Shown piece after piece: positions 1 to 12,371 of a stretch of DNA of 64,000 bases. The notes below the pieces were generated by a model. It had not been told where the DNA came from. It was given only the letters and a program-made list of their open reading frames with translations, and searched no databases. How positions within the stretch are numbered: position 1 is the first letter of the stretch; each line of letters starts with the position of its first letter. The stretch spans positions 1 to 64,000 of the forward strand of contig NMRA01000243.1 of NCBI GenBank assembly GCA_002633005.1. The letters are read 5' to 3'. The position numbers and the translations under genes were made by a program. Origin of the DNA: Phoronis australis (lineage: Eukaryota; Animalia; Phoronida).

Positions 1-465
1 TTCAATAAATTACTTAAAGCCGTTATTAACTGAAAAATGTGTCTGTGTTAATCAATGAACCGTATTTTTACCAAAATGACATGAAAAAGGTTGGCTTTTT
101 TATTTTAACCTCTCACCGCAGCTAAGTTGTATTCACACAAACTAAACCGACTAAACACTTTGAAACAGTAATGCTTTTTGCGTAATTGCTACGTGTCACA
201 GCTTTAGTTTGTTTCTCGTTATAGTCAAAACAATTGATTAACATATCGGTTAATACCGCTAAGAATAGACAAAAACGACGTGCAAGTGCCTCTAGAAAAC
301 ACAAGGCTTTGCAAGCCATCCCCTGGTATTACTCATGAAGCACGTGATCACTCTAGCTCTCTTCGCTAGGTTGTTGCGTCTACATAACTCAGCCCACACC
401 ACAGCTTTGTCTTTATTTCACAATTCTCACGCTTCTTAATAACATATTTACGTAAGCTTGAAATG

Positions 466-682
466 TCAAAATACAATAATTGTTGTAGTTTTGAATTTCC
501 GAAGGAAAACAGTTTTCTTCAAGCTCACGACTTGTTTTTCTTCTTGCTTGCACGTGACCACCATTTGGTCCATTTCCGCGTTCCATTCAACACCGTTCAT
601 CAGGGTAATTCTTTTCAGTACGACGATTGCGTCTTCAACACGGTTACGTTGAAGGAGCCATCTTGGCGATTCGGGCGTCAAC
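466..682 (-). CDS. SLC22/organic cation transporter-like exon (W-LTPESPRWLL...); runs into an in-frame TGA at 466-468, so possibly pseudogenic or with an unidentified donor
   Basis: PESPRWL motif diagnostic of SLC22/MFS; acceptor tatctcag|G at 682 completes TG|G (Trp) with the 2687-2858 exon. Confidence 0.75.
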
Positions 683-1185
683 CTGAGATAGAATCGCCTT
701 TACTTCAACAAATACTGGACTCGTATCACCATTTTAGCAGCACATTTCCTGTGCCTTTCCATTATTGCAGTCATCGTGTAATAATCACAGATCAAAGGGA
801 AGGTATGCTTTGTACATTAGCCATTTTCTGACGATTTCATCGAACCAAATGACAGTAATATGGCCAATGAAATCAGTCACCAACTCCAGGTAGATAATCA
901 ACGGATTTAACGTTGATCATAGTACAGATTTTTGAAACTGTTAACGTTGGTTCCATGCATTTATAGTTAAAAAAATGGTCAAAACACTAAAATTAGATTC
1001 AAAATATGGCTTGGCGTGTGCTTTTATAGCTCGGTGTGTTAGGGTAGAATTAAGTCTTGCAGTAAGAAGTTATTCATCCTATATTTTCCAAGAAAGGGTA
1101 CTGGCAGTAAATCAGGGTATAAAGCTGCATTTCGACTTATTTAGCGGACTAAAAACAAAAATCGAATTAAGCCTTATTACTTATC

Positions 1186-1510
1186 AGCTTGAAAGACAAA
1201 GTACCAAATTCCAAGATAAAAGAAAGGACTAAAATGACAGATATAACAAAATGCATAACAGAAACAAAATGGAGATGGGCTGGTCACGTGGCAAGAATAA
1301 AGGATAACAGGTGGACTCTGAGGAGAACCATATGGCAGCCCAGAAAAGGCAAGAGAACAAGGGTAAGACCAAAGAGACGATGGCCAGACGACATCATGAA
1401 GAGAGATGGGGCAAATTGGCAAGGACAGCTAAGAACCGAAAACAATGGAGGGATCTGGCGGAGGGCTACTTCCTGCAGTGGAAGGACACAGCCTAGGTGA
1501 ACAGGTGAAC
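1186..1510 (+). mobile_element. RTE-clade LINE 3' fragment (C-terminus of ORF, frameshifted)
   Basis: KWRWAGHVARIKDNRWT...WQPRKGKR..RPKRRW..D, then ARTAKNRKQWRDLAEGYFLQW* in a shifted frame; short gtgaacag/gtgaac tail. Confidence 0.85.
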
Positions 1511-1688
1511 TCTAGTAAAAATGTATGATAATGTCGTGACACGACTCAGTGCCTGTTACCAGCATGAGCATACTCAAGGAAACTCTTCGGAGTTTATTTG
1601 GATTGGCCACCCCGAAAATTGCAAATTCATGTATTGCTTGTGACTTGACTGGAATGGAATTTGAACCCTGTAAAAGTGAGGTATTATG

Positions 1689-2449
1689 CATAGGCGGATT
1701 TAAGGGGGGGGCCCAGGGGGCCCGGCCCCCNNNNNNNNNNNNNNNNNNNNNNNNNNNNNNNNNNNNNNNNNNNNNNNNNNNNNNNNNNNNNNNNNNNNNN
1801 NNNNNNNNNNNNNNNNNNNNNNNNNNNNNNNNNNNNNNNNNNNNNNNNNNNNNNNNNNNNNNNNNNNNNNNNNNNNNNNNNNNNNNNNNNNNNNNNNNNN
1901 NNNNNNNNNNNNNNNNNNNNNNNNNNNNNNNNNNNNNNNNNNNNNNNNNNNNNNNNNNNNNNNNNNNNNNNNNNNNNNNNNNNNNNNNNNNNNNNNNNNN
2001 NNNNNNNNNNNNNNNNNNNNNNNNNNNNNNNNNNNNNNNNNNNNNNNNNNNNNNNNNNNNNNNNNNNNNNNNNNNNNNNNNNNNNNNNNNNNNNNNNNNN
2101 NNNNNNNNNNNNNNNNNNNNNNNNNNNNNNNNNNNNNNNNNNNNNNNNNNNNNNNNNNNNNNNNNNNNNNNNNNNNNNNNNNNNNNNNNNNNNNNNNNNN
2201 NNNNNNNNNNNNNNNNNNNNNNNNNNNNNNNNNNNNNNNNNNNNNNNNNNNNNNNNNNNNNNNNNNNNNNNNNNNNNNNNNNNNNNNNNNNNNNNNNNNN
2301 NNNNNNNNNNNNNNNNNNNNNNNNNNNNNNNNNNNNNNNCCCCCCATTCGGTGCTATGCGCATCTACAATCGTGGTTCAGTTTGCACAAATGCTTACAGC
2401 CGGACAAAATGTTGGGCCCCCCCCTTGTGATATCCTAGATCCGCCACTG
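1689..2449. mobile_element. Non-autonomous TIR element (CA.TGGCGGAT...ATCCGCCACTG family) spanning an assembly gap
   Basis: Ends cataggcggat / atccgccactg flanked by TTATG duplication (1684-1688, 2450-2454); the right end recurs at ~45080-45183 and related termini occur at ~5280, ~45880, ~61830. Confidence 0.65.
1731..2339. other. Assembly gap (N run)
   Basis: Run of n. Confidence 0.99.
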
Positions 2450-2686
2450 TTATGAAAACGATTGTATGGGAGACAGTGGTGTTATTCGACATTCGTTAGT
2501 TTCAGCCAGCTAATCAGCACCAAATGCAGCTTTAACATACATTTACAGTAGACTGATGAGCTAAAGACAGGTAACCAAACTGAAGTGTTCAGCCATACCC
2601 TAGCAACTATTCATTTACGTGTTTAGACCTGTTGATATTTAAAACAATATTCACTAGTTGTTCAGAAACGTTGCATAATTACGAAC

Positions 2687-2858
2687 CATGCGTAAAGAGC
2701 GACGAATGCTATAATCGGTAGGTGGAGCGACAGTTGCAAAGTAACCCAGTCCCGGATGAAATAGGCTACCAAACCCACCAACAGATATCCAACACTCCAG
2801 GAGAAGTATATACCGAGGCCTGCCACCGACCGGTATCTCACGCCAACGAGTTCTAGGC
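2687..2858 (-). CDS. SLC22/organic cation transporter-like internal exon (172 bp)
   Basis: GLELVGVRYRSVAGLGIYFSWSVGYLLVGLVAYFIRDWVTLQL...YAW; acceptor tttcag|, donor TG|gttcgt; E(L/F)VG..R and AY.IRDW..LQL are SLC22 signatures. Confidence 0.88.
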
Positions 2859-4968
2859 CTGAAACGTTAAAATCAATTAAAACAATTTGTGACAGTTCTA
2901 CCGCGAAGCTGATAAAGATTTCGACCCGCATACTGGACGAAACCACATTCTGGGTTTCACTAAAACGTGAAAATTAATCTGGCACCGTCCAGTCAGAGTT
3001 CCATCTTGTGGCATCACAATCCCACAGCATGGCGCTTCGAGTAGGGAAGGATGGAGCGCAGGCCTACAGTAAGATTTGTTCGTGGTCAATCGGAGGTACG
3101 ACAGCGATTTAATTATCCCGGTTTTTACCGTCTGCTTAAAAACTTTTGCGCCTTCCCCTACTGGGGCGCGTTTGGCGAGATGACATTATTCTGAGTGTCG
3201 TGCCCTGCTTAGTAACCAAAAAGGCACATATCGTAACCAGTAATTTTTACAACTGAAGCCGGCCGCTTACCGAATTGTTGTTGAATCAGTGTAATCAGCA
3301 CGTGACAAGCTTTGAGAATTTTCAGTTAGTGGAGGATTCATCGGGAAATCTTTCCTCATCAGAATAAGGACGGGAAATTTGACACCGCGTTTTTAACCGA
3401 AAGTGGCATCAATCACATGTTTTGGACAAAAAGCACAGTTTTAATGTTGCTTGAAGAAAGGAGGAAGTAACCTTCTTCAACATGAAAGCCGATTGCACGA
3501 TTTCACAAAAACAGAAAAATAGAGGTAATCGATTCCAACATTGGGGCCTCTTTCCGTGAGCGGCCCCTTAAAAATTTGTCAATAAAAACACAAAAAGGAT
3601 AGCCACTTGAATGTCATCAGTGGCCATCTTCAAAATATCTATATTTTCAAAAATCAGGAAATTCGCAGCAATTTAGATTGTCTGTCAGGCCATAATTTTT
3701 TCTACACACTTAGCTACTCAATTACGAGTAATTTTGAGAAAGTTACGTACCTGTTAGTAGGGCCTAAACTTTTCATTTACGATTTCAGAACAAACACCCA
3801 GAGAAACCAAATGTCCCTTTTCTCCGTACAATGCTGTAATATGATTTTAACACCCAAAGATGTCTTGTTGAAAAACTCCATGCATGACATGGTGCGCACA
3901 CAGAATAAGCAGTGTAATTATGGGGTTTGTTAACAAATTTTGCCGAGAAATCGCTGGTTGTCAGAAACCATACCTCAAGAGTTTCGCTTGACGAACAAAA
4001 AAGACAAAATGAAAGTGGAGGAATAAAATTAGGCTGAATTTTATAACTACAACACTCGATCAAAATTGAGTCGAGCAGACATCCGGAAATTTAACGTACA
4101 AACTCTCGCAGATTGTCTCGGGGTAACAAGCTCTAGTATATAATAGGAATGTTTAGCATGACGTAATTCTGACGTCATTATAACGTTTTGGACCCAGTGT
4201 GACTGCAGGTCTATTCATATTTCCGTGTCCAAACTACGTCATCTACTGCCACGACACTTCATCACTAAACACCTGAGCAGATTACATAGGTCTCGTGCTG
4301 GAGTTGGCATTCCAGCCTCCCGTTCAGTAACGCTAGGACCTCGCTAAAAAGCAAGACTTCGCGAGATTACGTGAGATATTGTCGTGCATTTTAAATGAGA
4401 ACACGTGACTTTGACTAGATTTTAGCTAGATCCTAGCGTAGGTACTAGCGTCTACTGAATGCACGCCAGGACTAGAGTTCTATGCTACGAGTATAACATT
4501 AAAGTGCAATGTGCTAATGTTCAGACCAATCACGTACGATGACCGTGGGCGGACAACGCCAATCCACAAATCGCATTATTGTAAATGTAATGCAGGCTTC
4601 TCATGGTGTACATGTTATACTTTTGATTTGCTGCCTGATTTAGGTTCAGACGATACAGTAGTTCTGACCTCTGACGAACCTGCACATGTTACCTTTTTCA
4701 GACGGTCGGTCAGAGGTCTGGGTTCCGTTTCGTGAAACTATTTTAGTTTTTCATTTGACCAAAATAACAATGCTGTCATCCTACCACATGTCACGTTGCG
4801 CTTGTTGAACAATATATTGATGACGTCATGCCAACAATCAAACTTGAGACTTAAACAGTGCTGAGACGAAGCCTTGATTTGCCTTCTGATTGAAAGCCAC
4901 GGAAACGTTGTAGCTGTCGGATCATTTTGCCAGATGCATTTGTTATGTATATATGCATGTTTCGACAG

Positions 4969-5121
4969 ATTTGTCTGCACGTGGGTTACGAGACTGATCC
5001 TGATAAGAAAGACGGAGAGACAAGAACGGGAGACATCGAGAGTCTCGGTGAAACCATCCGGAGATACTTCCCCACAATGGATACAACGGCACCCGCCAAG
5101 GTTGAACGATGCCTCTACGTG
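4969..5121 (+). CDS. PIPOX: PIPOX/sarcosine oxidase-like gene, left segment, exon 6-equivalent
   Basis: cgacag|ICLHVGYETDPDKKD...RRYFPTMDTTAPAKVERCLYV|gtaagt; contains the C(M/L)Y motif that carries the covalent-FAD Cys in MSOX/PIPOX. Confidence 0.88.
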
Positions 5122-5653
5122 GTAAGTTCATAGTTCGTGGCACGAGAGGATTTAGAGAGGGGCCATGCCCCCCTAAAATCCACCCAGATTCCATTTGGCT
5201 GTTCTGGGGTACGAATGTATGACGGGCAAAATCCTGGCCAATACTCTGCCCTGCCACCTCCCCCCAACTCAAAATCCTGGATCCGCCCTTGCGTTGTGAA
5301 CGAAAACCTAAAAAGCAAGCGCGAATGTCTATCAGAGCAAAGAAACTGAATAATTTTTATTAAAATGTCACGTCGTATTGTGTCGAATATGAAGCTGGAA
5401 TGAAACACGTGGTCGAATCTCACGCTGGGGCACAAGCCAGAATATCACCACGAATGAAAGCCTGTATTTGCATACTTAACATATAAGTTTAAAAATCACG
5501 TAGCCTCCAGAATTTCCGATAGAGTTTGAGTAAATATTAATCGACAATGGAAAAAATCGACTTTTAACATTCCTGGACCATTTTTTCTGGGTTAACACTA
5601 AGATTTTAAGAACAAAAAACGTGTAATACCTTCTTGGTTTGTTTTATTTTCAG

Positions 5654-5729
5654 AATACTCCGGACCATAACCCGTTCATTGACCGACATCCCAAATGGAA
5701 AAACATTTTGATTGCTACAGGATTCTCAG
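5654..5729 (+). CDS. PIPOX: PIPOX-like left segment, exon 7-equivalent (76 bp)
   Basis: ttttcag|NTPDHNPFIDRHPKWKNILIATGFS-G|gtattg; phase fits both neighbours. Confidence 0.9.
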
Positions 5730-6639
5730 GTATTGTGCTGCTATTTAAATTTTCACCAGTCGCCATAAGCAAAAGTTGAATCCTGACCACATTTAAAGAG
5801 TTTGTTTAAATCTTAAACTGGCAATAAAGAATTGGCTTGAACAAGGCATATCAAGTTACCAGGCTAAATGAAGAGAGAGAGCCACAAACATATGTTCTGG
5901 TATAAAACTATCAGATGCTCGCTCCACTGCATGATCTAAGGCTTGTTACTTGTGAGTTTCACTGAGACTACTCTTAGTCGAGACTTATCTCGAAAACTGA
6001 CCAGTTCGTGCTATGCTTCGAATTCTCACGCGATGTTGCTAGTCAGTTGTCGAATTTAATGTCGAGAAGGTTGTGCGTGGCCATGGTGTCCTGCAGTCCT
6101 GAAGCAGATAGTTGCAAGATGGTGAATTCTGGCAGCAAACGCAGTGATTTTGAAGCAGTTCTCTACATTCTTTAAGTAAATGCCATGTCCATGTCTCAAT
6201 ACGAGATGAATTCTTACTGGGGTTTAATGTACACAGGCCCATCTTGAGCCACTAGCGAGCGTATCCGGCTAAGGATTTTCGGAGACACATCCAGGGTGTA
6301 CATTTGGGATGAACTTGCATCGTTGAGTCGTAAAACTTGCGCCAATCTCATTGGAAATGGACACCAAATCATAGCCATTTTTTAAGCAAAGAAACTTATT
6401 TTGGGGGAGAGAATCATACACCGACAATAAATGTAAATATTTTCCCTTGGTTTCAACTTACGCGTGGAGTACAGTATTGGTACACCGGGGCGGGCATTCA
6501 TCACTTCCAAATAATACGCTCCGGGGGTATATGCAGATTTGACTTTTCGTCCCTTAGCTGATATTTCAAGTCGTATTCCCCGTGCTAGTCTGCACAAAAC
6601 TCTGGCATGAATCTACGCAATGATTGATTTCTATTGCAG

Positions 6640-6752
6640 GTCACGGCTTCAAACTGGCTCCGGTCGTTGGTAAACTTCTCCTGGAGATGATTAAGGGTCA
6701 GGCGCCGTCGTTTAATATGAGCACATTCCGTATAGATCGGTTTGAAAAGTGA
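6640..6752 (+). CDS. PIPOX: PIPOX-like left segment, terminal coding exon
   Basis: ttgcag|(G)HGFKLAPVVGKLLLEMIKGQAPSFNMSTFRIDRFEK*; GFSGHGFK motif spans the splice junction. Confidence 0.92.
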
Positions 6753-6805
6753 ACATCAATTAGTTAAACAGTATTTCAAAGAAGTTTGTATTTCATTTAA
6801 AGTCC

Positions 6806-6811
6806 AATAAA
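6806..6811 (+). promoter_or_regulatory. Putative polyadenylation signal of the left PIPOX-like gene
   Basis: AATAAA ~54 nt after the stop codon. Confidence 0.5.
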
Positions 6812-9800
6812 ATGTTGCAAACTCGTTTTATTTTTTAGGGTGACACAATGAAAGAAATGTAATCAGTGTTGGATGGCTCCAGCGACATATTGAAATTGTA
6901 ATCATACACACGATGAGTCGGGAAAAACTTCCCAATCTTTGCAGAAATCTGCCGCAAATTCGCAAAACAACAACTGCTGGGCTGCCTGTTCGTCATCCGT
7001 TTCAATTGGACTGAACCATTCAAAATTTTCCCAGAAGAATGGAATGTCGAGTTATCTCCTGACTCGCTTTTTGTACATTTTAACAAATTCTTCCAACCGT
7101 CCGACCCATCGGACGATATTTCGGTAAGTCCTGGACACATAGACGACCTGGTTGACGGATAGCTCAAACTGCTCGCTTGCGTCAGAGGTGTGCCTCGAAG
7201 GTCTTCTTCGAGGTGGTTTATAATTCGATCAGTGCCCGCCAGGCCGTGTATGGATCGACTCCTATCCCTGGAATGACGTAATTAAGTTCACTTTTCTCAT
7301 ACAATGGATTTAATGTGACATCCGGAACTCCCAGGAATTCGATTGATGACGTCAGCTTTTCAACGATAAGATGCCTGTTGAGATTGTGCTCATTCCTTTA
7401 AAGAAAAAAGAAAAAAATTGACACGAGGAGTCAAACAACATTTTATTCTCATTATTTTCGAAGCCATCTAAAAGTCCACGAAGAGCTTTTAATTGCAATA
7501 AACATCAAATAATAAAATTCTTCCAACGACATATTCTAATTGGAGCACAAAAATTATTGTTTGATCATTTTTGAGCTCCTATTTCAAGTCCTACATTTTT
7601 CATGAACAGTTCTTGTTCCGTTTACTTCTTGCAGCGGCATTTGACGATAACTAGAACAACGGCTACAATCAGGGTCAGTCCACTTCCTAATGACAATCGT
7701 ATTACCATAGGCACTGTGAGAAGAGAATATGTAGAAATCCTAACTATTTAGTGATTCGCCATGCATTGCTTGGAATGAACATGTGTTAAATTGTTCACAT
7801 AATTCTGATGACAAATATGTGTAAGATTATTTGACGAACACAAACCAAGCGTAAGCTTTTAGTCGATCACATCTGCTATGTTAACGATTATAGCCCTTCA
7901 CCATAAGGTGGCTCACATTACAGTACTCGACGCTTAGCTTGAAACTAAGTCGCCAAACGCAACTTCGAAAAAATCCTTGGTCGCCAAACGAAATCTGAGG
8001 TGGTCAAACTGACGTCAGAATCGTCGACCAAAAAAACCTCGTGTCGCACTCCGTTCTTCTAAAATTACGCTTGCCTGGCCCATTTCTTCCCGTAAAAATA
8101 TGCATCAATTCAATCTCTAACTCAATTCCTCCTGCGATTGAAGCAAGCTTGACAATTTTTACGAAAGACGTCGCTCTAGTCGGCTGACGACTGGGTCGCA
8201 AACCAAAGCGACGTCTTTCGAGAAAACGTTCTTGGTGATGGTTTCATGATACGACCTTGGCCGATTTTTGCCGAACAATTCCGACTTCTGTTGTAATTGA
8301 ATGATGTGTGGTGACTGCTGAGGGCGGAAAATGCACTGATTTCACGAAATAAACGAAACAACTGTGAACCAAAAGTATTGAATCTAGGAAAACTGTTAGT
8401 AATTCCAAGTTTGAAAATTATCACAAAAAATTTAAACTAAGTTCGGGGGATTTATTGTCTGGCTTTGATACTCGCTGTGGCAACTCCGTGGCGACTTAGG
8501 ATTTATTCCCAGGTTGCCAAATACTTTCTGAAGTTGTACTTGCCACCTGAAGGTCGCTAATTCGAGCACTGCCTTAATACGTTTCTCAAAAACACTGAAG
8601 CAGGAATATTAAATTTTTAATTTGCGAGTGTTACAAGAACTTTGCTTCTCCGTAGAGGTCACGTGATAAAGAGTGGTTTCCATTGTTTACGTTTCCATTG
8701 TTGTCTTCTCACCATCTTGTTTTTACTTCTTCAACTACTTCAACAGTCGAGGCAACGAAATTGTCATCACTTGTGTAACCGTGTAACAAAGCTTATGGTG
8801 CTGTTATCTTTTGTACGGTACATGCGCCATTGTAGTTGTGGTCGAGATAGTTTTAAAGAGTTCCCACCACGCATTTTCTTAGTTTTTGAGGTTTCAGTTA
8901 GCTTATATGATATGTATATAATAAAAACGAACTAAATAAGAACTTTTTATGCCAAATAGTGGCTATTTTTTAATTTTGAAGAAAAAAATAGTTATTTTCA
9001 AGTTTCCCGCCAAAGGATGTAATGGGTGGAAGACGTTAGGTCACTTGACAACCAATTGCAATGGCGTAACATAGCAGATAACTGTCGAGGACGATTTTGA
9101 GAGAGAACAATTATTATGCAGAGAAGAGAGTGGACTCTGGCATCACATTCAACTACATGAAGAATCAGACAATGAATTCCATTTCCCACGGGAACTTTCG
9201 ACCCCCCTGCATGAGAAATGCTGTAGACATATGTGAGCCACGATCAACTGAACCAAGGGGTTGTCAATATTCACAAAATTGACACTCAATAATCACTGAC
9301 AAAGGTCACAGTAAACCTGGGTCACTTGTATTCAATATTGCCATGATGGAATGAGCACGCCCTGGTCTAAACACAATGTAAACTCAATGCATAAGCCTAC
9401 ACGTCGTAGCATTCGATCTTGGCCGGGGTGGATGGCCTGGCATCAAGCGCCCCAGAATGGAAGCATCGTAACGCCGCTTTTAAAATGTAATGAAAAGTTT
9501 GAAATAGAATTTGCAAGGCTATGTGATAAAACTGAACTTCGGTTTGCATATTGCTGGTAGTACCATAAGAGTGCGACAAGATAATACAAATCTTTATTAG
9601 ATGTCAACATGCATTACAAGCGAAGCATGCAATCTCATTTTTTTTTCCGCAGGAGTATTTTGCGCTGCAGAGCGGGCCTCTGAAGTGAGACACGAGTAAA
9701 TTTGAAGTCCGTGAGATAGTGGCCGTGTTATTTCTGACTGACCGGGTTTTTGTTGTTTTCTAAAATCATCAAATGGAAACTAGCCGTTCTTCCTGTATAC

Positions 9801-11423
9801 CCAGCAACAAAAGAGCATTCTGAAAATAGTGCCGTATCCCTAGTCGCGTACATGGTTTAAATCAGAGTTGCTCGCAATTCGTGGCTTTAACTGAGTCAAC
9901 CCGAGTTCTTTGACTTCTCTCTGAGACTGGCGATGGTAATTCTGGATATGTAAGTGGGATTTGCAGCCCTGTTGGACATTTGCTTTAGAAGTAGCTTTCA
10001 TTATTTGGAACGGTGAGAAAAGACCTTTACAGACAAGTTATGACTGATTAAAAAATTAATAAAAATGTCTGCATACATTCTTGCCCTAATTTCAATGCAA
10101 TCTTGTCCTAAGCATTGTGTGTGTGGAGCTATTCAGTGTTGTCTATTGTGGTAACTAGGCAACAGAAATTATTTCAAATGATAGATTTTTCGAAAGCAAA
10201 AGGTGGAAATAATAATGTCTGAGCGGTTTTCTAAGAGGTATCAAGACGCCAGATTTTGGTGATGTATTGTCAGTCTCAATAGACAACCAACACGGTGGTC
10301 ATACTCTTGGCAGCAATAGCTGCTCTGTCTCTCGCCTTGCCGTCATTGACGGAGAAATATCTGGCAGCAAAAAACAATGCTCTGCATATTATATTTTCAG
10401 TTTGGTTAGTTCTATTTTGATTTCAGCTGAGCTACGACATGAAAGTATATGTTCTTGGACTAATGTCCTTGGGAAAGTGCTAGCCATCTGGAACGCAGTG
10501 GCAAGTTACAATTGCATTTCGCCTTGTTTAACAGGCTCAAAACGAAAGTGTTTTACTCCCATAAAATCGGTCTCGCGGTATTCTTTACCTCGATAGGATT
10601 CCATTTCCGTTTCCAAAAAGAACATAGAAACCATCAGCGACTGGAGAAAATGTTTCTGAAGCTTATTAGGGTAGGCCAAGCCATCGAATTATAAAGTGTC
10701 GCATATTCACATTGCCAGTAACTTGAAACAGAATCCTTCCACGTTGAGGAATATTGCTAGACCGATTTTGTGATAGTAAGAGACCTCCTTCGATTTTCGT
10801 TTTTAGTCAGCAAAATTGGGCGAAGTGCAGATTTGACTGCGGCACTCTACGTAACCTGCTTCTGCTCTCTGAACAATTGTTTGAGTATTGGCAATAAAAA
10901 ATAAACAACCTTTCGTTCATGCTCGTGTAATTAGTTCTAGAGAAAAGCTAGGAATATACACATCAAATTGTATGCCCCAAGAAGATTTCATATTATTTTT
11001 CTAATCTCGTTTAAAGACACTTCCCTCATTGGTTGCGCTCAATTGACTGCGCCATTTCTGTTGGGTCACTTGGCAACAGCATCTGAGTGACTATCGATGA
11101 CGACTTCCAGCTTACAAACCCACCAGCCTTAAAGGCTTGAACTAGCTAGGACAATAAAGTGAAGCTAATATTCTACACTGTTCGCAGGGGCATCTGTTAG
11201 CTTACCGTATAACTCACAAAATGTACAAACTTCCGTAACACAACTATCTCAATACAACCATTGAGAAGAAGGCTATTACAAATAACTATTTTAATAGTTT
11301 TTAAGGATTAAAAGGTTAGTATACACTTCATTTCATTTAAATTAAACTTGTGGATTATTCTGTAACAAAAGAACGCCAGACCCATGTTCCAAATACATTG
11401 TGTCTAAAGCAACGTATTAATGT

Positions 11424-11647
11424 CTAGACTTTCCGGAAAGAAATGAATACGCCAACATTTGTGAAGCCGAAGTCTGCGGGCGCCGCAGCCACGTCGTCTT
11501 CAAATCTGTTGTAAAATTCGTCAACTATTTGTTGGCATTCGGCTGCGGTGCGATGGGTTGATAGCCCGCCCATAAACAGCCAATTGGTGAAATATCGGAT
11601 GCTCTTCGTGAATGTGTGCGCATGGCTGCGCATAGCCTGAGGGTCTC
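11424..11647 (-). CDS. SABATH methyltransferase terminal exon
   Basis: ttccag|(G)DPQAMRSHAHTFTKSIRYFTNWLFMGGL...IVDEFYNRFEDDVAAAPADFG...FRKV*; IVDEFY.R is typical of the family C-terminus. Confidence 0.88.
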
Positions 11648-12196
11648 CTGGAAATAGCAAAAACGATTGTTTAATCAGGGTAGGCAGTCTTACTCCGAAT
11701 TGCAAAAACATTTTTACACGTGATTTTTTATTTTTCACCGACCATGCACTTGAGACATGAACTAAAGAGTTTTCAAAGGAGTGTGATTTATGAGAAAAAG
11801 CTAAGTGTTCATGGGAAAATAGATAAAAAAGTTATCGCAAACATGCGTGTACGTGAACTTGTAGCTGTTACCAACTCATGAAATATAGCCTAGTTCTCCT
11901 GTTTCTGTCGCAGGGCGATTGCTAATTGTATTTTGACGTTCACTTACACGTTTGCCAACTACCAAAAACTGTCTCTCTTGTGTTAACTTCCTGAAGATTT
12001 GTGGCTGTGCAACCATGGGAACATTCCTCACAAGGATCAGACAGATATTCGAACCCGGTGAAAAGTTAAAATTATTGTTCGATTGAAGCGAATTGAGTTG
12101 TGTTTGCGTTGGCCACTCCAGCAGATTGTCCCCTGCACTGCCGGCGTGGTGCAGGCTGACCGCCACCTGGTGACTAAATTAAACAGCAAGACACAC

Positions 12197-12371
12197 CTTG
12201 TCGCCCATATGTGACCCAGCTCTGATGATGAGGACACGGCAAATGGTAAATCTCTGCAGAGCACAGTCTAAGACCGGCTCTGTACACGGCCGACGAGGTG
12301 TCCTCAAACGGGGCAGTGTATTCTTCCAGAGTTCGCAGGTAGTGCAGAGAATTGGTATTGGCGAACTCATC
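12197..12371 (-). CDS. SABATH methyltransferase exon
   Basis: ttttcag|DEFANTNSLHYLRTLEEYTAPFEDTSSAVYRAGLRL...YGRQ-G|gtgtgt. Confidence 0.88.

Noticed and set aside
1512-2430. Long ORFs of 215-293 aa
   Set aside because: Artefacts of translating through the N gap
6040-6600. Coding-like minus-strand text in the last PIPOX intron
   Set aside because: Multiple stops and no family I can name with confidence
8860-9090. Sequence shared with 32920-33120 as a possible shared regulatory element
   Set aside because: Looks like an ordinary interspersed repeat fragment with no positional logic
10280-10390. Signal-peptide-like stretch (TVVILLAAIAALSLALPS)
   Set aside because: Preceded by an in-frame stop, no ATG, no downstream support
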